Of a DNA stretch of 64,000 nt, positions 24,072 through 32,415 are shown in pieces. The notes beneath the pieces were generated by a model, which made no database searches, had not been told where the DNA came from, and was given only the letters and a program-made list of their open reading frames with translations. Origin of the DNA: an uncultured Chloroflexia bacterium. Lineage in GTDB: Bacteria; Chloroflexota; Limnocylindria; Limnocylindrales; CSP1-4. The stretch's first letter is position 1; each line of letters starts with the position of its first letter. The position numbers were made by a program, and so were the translations under genes. Where the stretch lies: NCBI GenBank assembly GCA_963813535.1, contig CAWEZH010000002.1, forward strand, positions 1 to 64,000. Direction: 5' to 3'.

Positions 24072-24961
24072 TCCGCGGCAGCCACCGCCGGTTCGCCGGT
24101 CGGCTCGCCCTCCGCCGAGCGAAGGCCGCCGGCCCGCGCCTCGGCGAGCTTGGCCTGCATGAGCTCGAGCGGCGCCGGCTGTCCGGTCCACAACGTGAAT
24201 GCCGCCGCGCCCTGATGGAGCAGCATCAGTTCGCCGTCGACGGTCGTCGCGCCGACAGCCTGCGCATCGCGCAGCAGCCGGGTCCGCGCATAGATCAGGT
24301 CGAGGACCAGGAGATCGCCGTTGAGCACCTCCGCGGGCACCGGACTCACGTCCGCGGTCAGGCCGATCGACGTCGCGTTGACGAGCACCTTGGTCTTGGC
24401 GATCTCCGATTCGATGATCGACTCGTGCCACGGCATCGCGCGTAGCTCCATGTGCGCGGCGGTCCGACCGAAGTGCTTGACCAACCCTTCGGCGCGATGG
24501 AGGTGGCGGTTGAACACGACCACCCGCTGGAAGCCCTCGCGGATCAGGCCGTACACGACCGCCCTCGCCCCGCCGCCGGCGCCGAGCACGACGGCGCCCT
24601 TGGGCATCTTCTGGCGGCCGACCAGCTTGTCGAGCGCCACCTTGAACCCGGCCACGTCCGTGTTGTGGCCGACCAGCCGCTTGCCCTCGCCGGTGATCGT
24701 GTTGACGGCGCCGGTCGCCGACGCTTCCTCGGTCAGACGGTCGACCATCGGGACGACCCGCTCCTTGTGCGGGATCGTGACATTGGCACCGAGGAAGTCG
24801 TCGCCTCGCAGCTCGCTGACGGCATCGGCCAGGTCGATGGGGGCTCGGTCCCAGAGCTCGTAGCGGGCGTCGACGCCGAGCTCGTCGAAGGCTGCCTGCT
24901 GCATGGCGCCCGACAGCGAATGCGCCACCGGATGACCGATCAGGACGACACGCTTCGTCAT
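24068..24961 (-). CDS. aroE: Shikimate dehydrogenase
   Basis: HSLS, NVTIPHK, GAVNT, NTD, GAGGGAR, NATSIG. Confidence 0.97.
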   Translation of the reverse strand: MTKRVVLIGHPVAHSLSGAMQQAAFDELGVDARYELWDRAPIDLADAVSELRGDDFLGANVTIPHKERVVPMVDRLTEEASATGAVNTITGEGKRLVGHNTDVAGFKVALDKLVGRQKMPKGAVVLGAGGGARAVVYGLIREGFQRVVVFNRHLHRAEGLVKHFGRTAAHMELRAMPWHESIIESEIAKTKVLVNATSIGLTADVSPVPAEVLNGDLLVLDLIYARTRLLRDAQAVGATTVDGELMLLHQGAAAFTLWTGQPAPLELMQAKLAEARAGGLRSAEGEPTGEPAVAAAE

Positions 24962-26298
24962 GCTCGCACCCCTTCCAGATCGGCGAAGAAGCCGGGATAG
25001 GAGATCGACACCGACGCGGACCGCTCGATCGTGGTCTCGTCCGTCGCGACCAACCCGGCGATCGCGAAGGTCATCGCCAGACGGTGATCGTCGAGGCTGT
25101 CGGTCGTCGCCCCTCGCAGCGCACCACCACCACGGATCACGAGGTCGTCGCCGTCGACGCTGACGTCGGCCCCGAGCGCATCGAGACCTGCTGCCACGCC
25201 GGCGACCCGATCGGATTCCTTGTGCCGCAGTTCCCCGGTGCCACGGATCGTCGTGGTGCCCTGTGCACGCGTGGCGGCCAGGCACAAGACGGGGATCTCA
25301 TCGATGGCCGCCGCGACGTCGCTCGGTCCGAGGTCGATGGCGCGCAACGCCGACGAGCGGACCACGAGGTCGGCGACGGGCTCGCCGCGATCGCCATCCA
25401 CGTCGACGCTCGGGTCGGGGCGCTCCTCGATGTCCGCGCCCATCGCGCGGAGGACGTCGATGATCGCGCGCCTGGTCGGGTTGATGCCGACGTCGCGGAG
25501 GGTCAGTTCGGCGTCGGGATGGATGGCCCCGGCGACGAGCCAGAACGCGGCCGCTGAGACGTCGGCCGGCACGTGCTGATCGATCGCCTGCACCGCCGTC
25601 CCTCCTTCCACCGCCACGGCGACGCCCTCGTCGCTCGCTGCCCACTCGACCGGGACGCCACGGGCCCGCAGCATGCGCTCCGTGTGGTCGCGCGTGCCGA
25701 CCCGTTCCCGGACTGTCGTCCGACCCTCGGCCCGTAGCCCCGCCAGCAGGATCGCCGACTTCACCTGCGCCGAGGGCACCGGCGGGGTGTAGTCCACCCC
25801 CTGGAGCGGGGTATGCCCGACCACGGTGAGGGGAGGGAGGGAGTCGTCGTCTCGACCGTGGAGCACCGCGCCCATCCGACGCAGTGGCTCGATGATACGA
25901 GCGACCGGACGGCGGCGCAATGACGCGTCGCCGTCGAGGACGGCGGTCATCGGCAAGCCGGCGAGCATGCCGGCGATGAGTCGCAGACTCGTGCCGGAGT
26001 TGCCGCAATCGAGGTTGCCGTCGGGCTCGACCAACCCGTCCGCGCCCGGCGACACGACGCGGTAGGCGACGTTCCTCCCGTCGTCGTCCGGGCGGACCTC
26101 CACCGTCGCGCCAAGCGCGCGCATGACCCCTGCCGTCGAGCGGACGTCGGCCCCATCACCGGCCCCCGTGATCCGGCTCTCACCATCGGCCAGCGCAGCC
26201 AGGATCAGGGCGCGGTGGCTGATCGACTTGTCGCCGGGCAGCCGCAGCTCCCCGCGCAGTCGTGCCGCGGGCCGGACGGTGGCGTCGGCGGCGATCAA
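24958..26298 (-). CDS. aroA: EPSP synthase
   Basis: [43 protein letters not shown]; TTG start overlapping the aroF stop. Confidence 0.97.
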   Translation of the reverse strand: MIAADATVRPAARLRGELRLPGDKSISHRALILAALADGESRITGAGDGADVRSTAGVMRALGATVEVRPDDDGRNVAYRVVSPGADGLVEPDGNLDCGNSGTSLRLIAGMLAGLPMTAVLDGDASLRRRPVARIIEPLRRMGAVLHGRDDDSLPPLTVVGHTPLQGVDYTPPVPSAQVKSAILLAGLRAEGRTTVRERVGTRDHTERMLRARGVPVEWAASDEGVAVAVEGGTAVQAIDQHVPADVSAAAFWLVAGAIHPDAELTLRDVGINPTRRAIIDVLRAMGADIEERPDPSVDVDGDRGEPVADLVVRSSALRAIDLGPSDVAAAIDEIPVLCLAATRAQGTTTIRGTGELRHKESDRVAGVAAGLDALGADVSVDGDDLVIRGGGALRGATTDSLDDHRLAMTFAIAGLVATDETTIERSASVSISYPGFFADLEGVRA

Positions 26299-27380
26299 TG
26301 CCTGGCCAGCCCGTCGCTGGCACCGGCAACCGCCGCGGCGCCGGCCAGGGATGCGTCGCCGTGCAGGCCGCGGACGTGCTCGTGGACCGGGAGGACCGCC
26401 TCCATCAGCGCGCGGAACTGGTCGAGGTCGAGCTGCTGTTCGGCATCGGACAGGGCCGCGTCGGGGTCGGGGTGGACCTCGACCATCACGCCGTCGGCCC
26501 CGACGGCCACGCCGCCGATGGCGAGCGGGCGGACCAGCCAGCGCTTCCCGGTGGCGTGACTGGGATCGACGATCACGGGCAGGTGGGTCAGGTGGTGGAG
26601 CAGCGGCACGGCCGACAGGTCGAGCGTGTTGCGGGTGTACGTCTCGAACGTCCGGATGCCGCGCTCGCACAAGATGACGTTGGGGTTGCCCGAGCTCACG
26701 ATGTACTCGGCGGCCATCAGCCATTCCTCGACCGTCGCGCCGTAGCCGCGCTTCAGCATCACCGGTCGGGCCACCCGCCCGACGTCCCGGAGCAACGAGT
26801 AGTTCTGCATGTTCCGTGTGCCGATCTGGAGGATGTCCGCGTACTCGGCCACGATGTCGACCTGGGACGGCTCCATCACCTCGGTGATCACCGGCAGCCC
26901 GGTCTGCTCGCGGGCCTCGGCGAGATACCGGAGGGCCTCGACGCCCAGACCCTGGAAGGCGTACGGGCTTGTCCGCGGTTTGAAGGCGCCGCCGCGCAGC
27001 ACCGTCGCCCCGGCCGCCTTGACGGCCTCGGCCGTCTCGAACAGCTGGTCGCGACTCTCGATCGAGCAAGGCCCGGCCATGACCGTGAGCGACCCGTCGC
27101 CGATCGCGGCGTCGAGGACGCGGATCACCGTGGCCTCGGGATGGAACTCGCGCGACGTCAGCTTGAACGGACGGTTGATGGGGGTCACGCGTTCGACGCC
27201 GGGCAGACCGGCGAAGCTGTCGATCAGCGCCGGCTTGCGACTGCCGATCTCGCCCACGACCGCGATCACGACATGGTCGACATCCTGGTGGTCGAACGGC
27301 GTCAGACCCTCAGCCAGGATCCGGCTCTTGACTCCCAGGACCTCGGCCTCGCTGGCGCCGGCGGTCATCACGACGAACAT
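26295..27380 (-). CDS. aroF: DAHP synthase class I-beta with N-terminal regulatory domain
   Basis: [32 protein letters not shown]; GAGGAG before ATG 27380. Confidence 0.96.
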   Translation of the reverse strand: MFVVMTAGASEAEVLGVKSRILAEGLTPFDHQDVDHVVIAVVGEIGSRKPALIDSFAGLPGVERVTPINRPFKLTSREFHPEATVIRVLDAAIGDGSLTVMAGPCSIESRDQLFETAEAVKAAGATVLRGGAFKPRTSPYAFQGLGVEALRYLAEAREQTGLPVITEVMEPSQVDIVAEYADILQIGTRNMQNYSLLRDVGRVARPVMLKRGYGATVEEWLMAAEYIVSSGNPNVILCERGIRTFETYTRNTLDLSAVPLLHHLTHLPVIVDPSHATGKRWLVRPLAIGGVAVGADGVMVEVHPDPDAALSDAEQQLDLDQFRALMEAVLPVHEHVRGLHGDASLAGAAAVAGASDGLARH

Positions 27381-27414
27381 CGCGCTGTGGTCTCCTCGTT
27401 GGTCGAGGTCGGCC

Positions 27415-27445
27415 AAACAAAAAAGCAGAGGTCTGGCCTCTGCTT
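27415..27445 (-). terminator. Intrinsic terminator 35 nt upstream of aroF
   Basis: AAGCAGAGG-CCAGA-CCTCTGCTT followed by TTTTGTTT on the minus strand. Confidence 0.85.
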
Positions 27446-27579
27446 CGTTCGCCCGGCACGACCCGTGCCCTCGGTCTCAGTGACCGAAGACGTTCATGCC
27501 GGGCATCGAAAGTAGAAGGTCGGGCGCATGCGTCAACGGAGTGTGCCGAGCGCCGCGGTCGCTGTCAACGAGCCGCGAC

Positions 27580-28056
27580 TCACTCGAAGCGGTCGAGCAG
27601 GGCCTCCGCCTGGAACAGGTTGATGCCGCTGTCGATGAGATCGAGGACGGATTGGACCTTCGCCTCTTCCTCGACCTGTTCCTCGATGAACCACTGCAGG
27701 AACTGATGGCTGCGGTGATCGCCCGCCGACAGGGCGCGCGCGGCCATCGCGTCGAACAGTGCGGCGACCTGCCGCTCGGACTGCAGTGCCCGTGCCGCCG
27801 CGTCATGCGCCGACTTGTACCGGGTCGTCACCGCCTTCACGGCCGGCAGGTCGAACTCGATCTCGTTGTCGGTCAGGAAGTCCATGATCTTCTGGCCGTG
27901 CTGCGCCTCTTCGATCGCTTGCTGGCGGAAGAACTTGCCCCACCCTCGCAGGCTCTGGCGGTCGAAGAACACGGAGATGCCCATGTACAGCGCATGCGCC
28001 GAGAACTCGCTGCCGATCTGGGCGATGAGCATCTTGCGCAGGTCGCCGTCGATCAT
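27580..28056 (-). CDS. Non-heme ferritin
   Basis: Ferroxidase pattern E...Y...EE.QH...E...QWFIEEQVEEE. Confidence 0.93.
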   Translation of the reverse strand: MIDGDLRKMLIAQIGSEFSAHALYMGISVFFDRQSLRGWGKFFRQQAIEEAQHGQKIMDFLTDNEIEFDLPAVKAVTTRYKSAHDAAARALQSERQVAALFDAMAARALSAGDHRSHQFLQWFIEEQVEEEAKVQSVLDLIDSGINLFQAEALLDRFE

Positions 28057-28138
28057 CGATGTCCTCCGGGCCTGGAGTGGGAACCTCCACGGGCTGGGCC
28101 CGCTAGGCGAGATGATAGGATGTCGCCCGCCGCTCGTC

Positions 28139-28230
28139 GGAGAGGTCGCATAGAGGCCTAGTGCAGCGGTTTGCTAAACCGCCATGTGGGGTAACCTGCA
28201 TCGAGGGTTCGAATCCCTCCCTCTCCGCCA
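28139..28230 (+). tRNA. tRNA-Ser(GCT)
   Basis: Cloverleaf, loop TTGCTAA, long variable arm, encoded CCA. Confidence 0.96.
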
Positions 28231-28290
28231 CAGATCGTCGAGCCGATGGCGATGCGGAGATCTGCTCCGGCCTCGGCCGGCAGCACCCAT

Positions 28291-28366
28291 GCGCCCGTAG
28301 CTCAGTGGATAGAGCGTTAGGTTGCGGACCTAAAGGTCGTGAGTTCGAGTCTCGCCGGGCGCGCCA
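28291..28366 (+). tRNA. tRNA-Arg(GCG)
   Basis: GCGCCCG acceptor stem, anticodon stem TTAGG/CCTAA, loop TTGCGGA (GCG at 28324-28326), canonical T-loop, CCA. Confidence 0.95.
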
Positions 28367-28822
28367 GCACTCTATTGAAGAACGGCCGTGCGGCCGGAAC
28401 GAGCACGATCTCGGACACTTCCCGGTCCCTGATCACGACGCGCACCCCGGCCCCCGATCCCACGCCCGCACCGACGCCGGTCGCCCCGGCCCCGACCCCG
28501 GCGCCCGATCCGGTCGCACCGGCGCCGACCCCGGGTTCGGAACTCCCGCCACCTAATCCCGGCCTCATCGGGGTCATGGAACGTGGCGGTCTGCCGCCAC
28601 ACAACGTGGAGTTGATGAGGATCGCAATCAGAAGCGCTTCGCCGTCCGCGCCAGATATCGACAAGGAGGGGTAGGCCGAACGTGTTAGTTGCGGTGAGTC
28701 GAGGCCACGCCGGGCTCGCGGCGTTCGCTCAACCACCACCGGGCAGATCGAGCCACAGCAGGCGACGAACCCCCGGCCCGATGGATTGCAGTCGATCGGC
28801 CGGCAGGGCACGCTAGCGCGGC

Positions 28823-29794
28823 ATGGAGCCATCGGAGGAGATTCGCCGGGTCATCGAGCGATGGACGATCGCGACGGCTCGGGGTGACGATGACCCCCTC
28901 GGGCGACTCTCGGCGCATCCAGGCACGCTGATGATCGGCACGGACCCGGCCGAATGGTGGCTTGGCAGGGCCGCGCATGTGATCTGGGCTCGCCAGATCC
29001 GTGAGGTCGGTCCCTTTCCGGTCCGGGCGACAGAGATCGACGCCTGGGAAGAGGGGACCGTCGGCTGGGCAGCCGTCAAGGAGTCGATCGACTGGGAAGG
29101 TCGAACCCTGGAGTCGCGCGCGACGTACGTGCTTCACCTGGAACGCGACGACTGGAAGATCGTGCAGGTCCACTGGTCGTTCCCCACCGCGAACACGGAA
29201 ACCTTCGGCCGGGCGCTCACGGTTACGCTCGACGAGCTCGAGGAGACCGTTCGACGAGAGCAGCCCGACCTCACCGCCTCGCGCGCCGTCGACGGCACGG
29301 TCACGATCGTGTTCACCGACATCGTTGACTCGACGCCCACGCTTGCGCGGCTCGGTGACGCGGCCTGGCTGGCGATCGTCCAACGCCACAACCAGCTGAT
29401 CAGCGATGTCACCGCGGCCCATGACGGCGCCGTCGTCGAGACGCAGGGCGATGGGTCGATGCTCGCCTTCGCGAGCGCTCGCCGCGCGGTCGTGTGCGCG
29501 CAGGCCATCCAGCAGGAGATCGCGCGAGCCTTCGCCGACCACTCGCCGCCGATCCGCGTGCGGATCGGGATCCACACCGGCGATGCCATCAAGGACGCCG
29601 AGCACTTCTACGGGACCACGGTGCACTACGCCGCGCGGGTCGCGAGCCATGCCGTCGGCGGCGAGGTCCTCGTGTCCAGTGCCGTTCACCTGCTCCTGCA
29701 GAGCACTGCCGAGTTCACGTTCCTTCCCGGCCGGGACGTCGAGCTGAAGGGGATCCCGGGACAGCATCGGCTGTACGCACTCGCATCGCGCTGA
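28823..29794 (+). CDS. SnoaL/NTF2-like domain fused to class III nucleotide cyclase
   Basis: IGTDPAEWW...RATYVLH...WKIVQVHWS then FTDIVDST, QGDG, RIGIHTG, AAR, LKG. Confidence 0.9.
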   Translation: MEPSEEIRRVIERWTIATARGDDDPLGRLSAHPGTLMIGTDPAEWWLGRAAHVIWARQIREVGPFPVRATEIDAWEEGTVGWAAVKESIDWEGRTLESRATYVLHLERDDWKIVQVHWSFPTANTETFGRALTVTLDELEETVRREQPDLTASRAVDGTVTIVFTDIVDSTPTLARLGDAAWLAIVQRHNQLISDVTAAHDGAVVETQGDGSMLAFASARRAVVCAQAIQQEIARAFADHSPPIRVRIGIHTGDAIKDAEHFYGTTVHYAARVASHAVGGEVLVSSAVHLLLQSTAEFTFLPGRDVELKGIPGQHRLYALASR

Positions 29795-29887
29795 CCGCGG
29801 CGAGCCGGGCGCGCTGATCGGACCGGCCACCGCAAGCTCGAGGAGCCTCGGGGATCGGCGAGGATGCCGTGTAGGCCAGGTTCCTGC

Positions 29888-29959
29888 GCCCCCGTAGCTC
29901 AGTGGACAGAGCGACGCCGTCCTAAGGCCTGCGTCGCCGGTTCGGTCCGTCCGGGGGCG
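29888..29959 (+). tRNA. Degenerate tRNA-Arg(CCT), probable pseudo-tRNA
   Basis: Intact acceptor stem and D-arm, but G32, a C-C mismatch in the anticodon stem, a 6-nt T-loop (TTCGGT) and a T-stem mismatch. Confidence 0.7.
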
Positions 29960-30061
29960 CCGCGCACTTGTTCAGGCGGCTGCCCCCGAGTACCACGCCA
30001 GAGGGTCATCCGATTTGGTGGCCGTGAGTCCGGGACTCGCTGGGCGCGCAGCATCCGGGAC

Positions 30062-30098
30062 GAAGAAACGACCCCGGGACGCCTGTCCCGGGGTCGTC
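30062..30098 (-). terminator. Strong hairpin with U-tract on the minus strand
   Basis: ACGACCCCGGGAC-loop-GTCCCGGGGTCGT (13 bp) followed by TTCTT on the minus strand. Confidence 0.75.
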
Positions 30099-30396
30099 AC
30101 TTATGGGCGCTCAACCCACCATCCAGGAGGCCCCGCCTCGTGGTGTCCAGCGCGTACGCCGTGAGTCCCATGGTGCCGCTAGGACCTTTGGGTGTCCACC
30201 GACCCGGACCATCGTCGACCACCACGAACCGCCCATTCGGTGCTCGGACGCACCACGAAGGCCGCTCGGGACGGGCGGATCCGTACAGCGGTAGCGCCCC
30301 GCGGCCGCCGCGCCGCGATCACGCCGACACCATCCTGCTAGGCTCGGTTCGGACGTCAGGCTGAGGCTGGCTGCGACGTCGTCGAAGGGGGAAGCC

Positions 30397-32259
30397 GTGG
30401 CCCGATCGAACGTCGGGACCTACCTGGCCGTTGCAGGCATCGTCGCGCTGCTGGCCGGGCTGTCGACGCCCGCCACCGCCTCGGCGGCGACCCTTTCGTT
30501 TCTCCCCGTCGCCGACGCGCAGGTCAACTCCGGAAACGTCAACGGCAACTATGGGACGCTCGCGACGATCCGGACGAGGGAGGGCTCAGGGTCGACATCG
30601 GACCCGACCTACCGCAGCTTCCTCAGGTTCGACGTCAGTGGCGTCTCAGGGACAGTGAGCTCGGTCACGCTGCGGCTCTTCGTCACCGATGCGAGCCCGA
30701 ACGGACAGGGCGTCCACCGGGTCGCCAGCACCACGTGGGGTGAGAGCTCGGTGACGTACGCCAACGCGCCGGCGATCGATGCCGCCGCGATGGCAACGGC
30801 GCCTGTCCCGACGGCAGGCGCCTATCGGGACATCGCGCTGCCCGCGTCCGCGATCACCGGGAACGGACTGGTCTCCTTCGCGCTAAAGAGCGTCGGGAAC
30901 AACTCCGCGATGTTCTCGTCCGGCGAGACCAGCAACCCGCCCCGCCTGGTGATCGTCACCGGCGGAACGCCCACACCGACACCCACGCCCACGCCGACGT
31001 CGCCGCCCGCGGGCGTCCCGGTCGGTGCCTTCTCCGCCAACCCAACGAGCGGCAGGGCGCCCTTGGCGGTGACGTTCACGGACCAGTCGACGAATGGTCC
31101 GACCTCGTGGTCATGGAACTTCGGTGATCCAGGCTCGGGAAGCCAGAATACCTCGAGCGCGCGCAACCCCAGCCACACTTTTGCCTCGGCGGGGTCCTAC
31201 ACCGTCACGCTCACGCCGCGCAATGGTTCCGGGGCGGGCAGCCCGGTCACCCACCCGATCTCCGTCACGACGCCGGGAGGCAGCGGCGATCCCGTCCTGG
31301 TCGGCGCCGGCGATATCGCCGACTGCTCGCGCACGCAGGACGCGGCCACCGCCACGTTGCTCGATGGGATCTCCGGGACGGTCTTCACGGCCGGCGACAA
31401 CGTCTACGAGAACGGGACGGCGTCGGAGTTCACGAACTGCTACGGGCCGACCTGGGGCCGGCACAAGAGCCGGACGCGCCCGGGCGTCGGGAATCACGAG
31501 TACCAGACGTCGGGCGCAAGCGGCTACTACGGATACTTCGGCGCAGCCGCCGGCAGTCCGAGCAAGGGCTACTACAGCTTCGATATCGGCGCCTGGCACG
31601 CGGTCATGCTCAACAGCAACTGCTCCAAGATCGGCGGGTGCGGCGCGACGTCCGCGCAAGCGACCTGGCTGCGGGCGGACCTCGCCGCCCACCCGGCCGC
31701 GTGCACCGTCGCCATCTGGCATCACCCGCGCTTCACGTCGAGTCGATCGTCGCCCGATGGCCTGACGACCGCCCTGTGGCAGGCGCTGTACGACGCCGGC
31801 GCCGATCTCATCATCGGTGGCCACTACCACAACTACGAGCGCTTCTCGCCGCAGACGCCGGCCGGCGCGACTGACAACTCCTTCGGCGTCCGCGAGATCG
31901 TGGTCGGTACGGGTGGAGCGGGCCTGGCCGGGTTCGGCGGTGGCACGATGGCCCACAGCGTCAGCCGCAGCAGCAGTGCTTTCGGCGTCCTGAAGATGAC
32001 CCTGCATCCGTCGAGCTACGACTTCCGTTTCGTGCCGATCGCCGGCCAGACCTTCGCGGATAGCGGCACGGCGTCGTGCCACGGTGCGCCGTCCGGCGCG
32101 GCGATCGCCAGGAGCCGCGCCGCCTCCGACCGGGAGCTTCGGACATGGGCGCGCGACGTCGTCCGGCAGGCGCGCAGCGGCCGACCCACCGACGTCGTCG
32201 CGGGCGACCTTCGCGACGCGACATCGGGTGCGATCCTGCATCCGGCAATGAACCGATAG
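30397..32259 (+). CDS. Secreted DNRLRE/CBM96-like + PKD + metallophosphoesterase protein
   Basis: Signal peptide; PVADAQV...YRSFLRFD...NPPRLVI; PT linker; FTDQST...WSWNFGD; GDIA, GDNVY, GNHEY, WHHP, GHYHNYER. Confidence 0.88.
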   Translation: MARSNVGTYLAVAGIVALLAGLSTPATASAATLSFLPVADAQVNSGNVNGNYGTLATIRTREGSGSTSDPTYRSFLRFDVSGVSGTVSSVTLRLFVTDASPNGQGVHRVASTTWGESSVTYANAPAIDAAAMATAPVPTAGAYRDIALPASAITGNGLVSFALKSVGNNSAMFSSGETSNPPRLVIVTGGTPTPTPTPTPTSPPAGVPVGAFSANPTSGRAPLAVTFTDQSTNGPTSWSWNFGDPGSGSQNTSSARNPSHTFASAGSYTVTLTPRNGSGAGSPVTHPISVTTPGGSGDPVLVGAGDIADCSRTQDAATATLLDGISGTVFTAGDNVYENGTASEFTNCYGPTWGRHKSRTRPGVGNHEYQTSGASGYYGYFGAAAGSPSKGYYSFDIGAWHAVMLNSNCSKIGGCGATSAQATWLRADLAAHPAACTVAIWHHPRFTSSRSSPDGLTTALWQALYDAGADLIIGGHYHNYERFSPQTPAGATDNSFGVREIVVGTGGAGLAGFGGGTMAHSVSRSSSAFGVLKMTLHPSSYDFRFVPIAGQTFADSGTASCHGAPSGAAIARSRAASDRELRTWARDVVRQARSGRPTDVVAGDLRDATSGAILHPAMNR

Positions 32260-32415
32260 GCTGCTGACGGTCTAGGTGGCCGAACCGAGGCTCGGCCGAA
32301 CCCCCCCACCGACCCACCCGCTCCGCACGGATTCACACCTCTCCGAGGTTTCGGGGTACCCTGCCCAGACACATCGGTGGTGGAGGGCGCCGCGGATGTC
32401 ACAGGGGGTGGAGTC

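Noticed and set aside
27470-27485. CUGAGA in the aro leader as a TPP riboswitch
   Set aside because: The other conserved TPP elements are absent.
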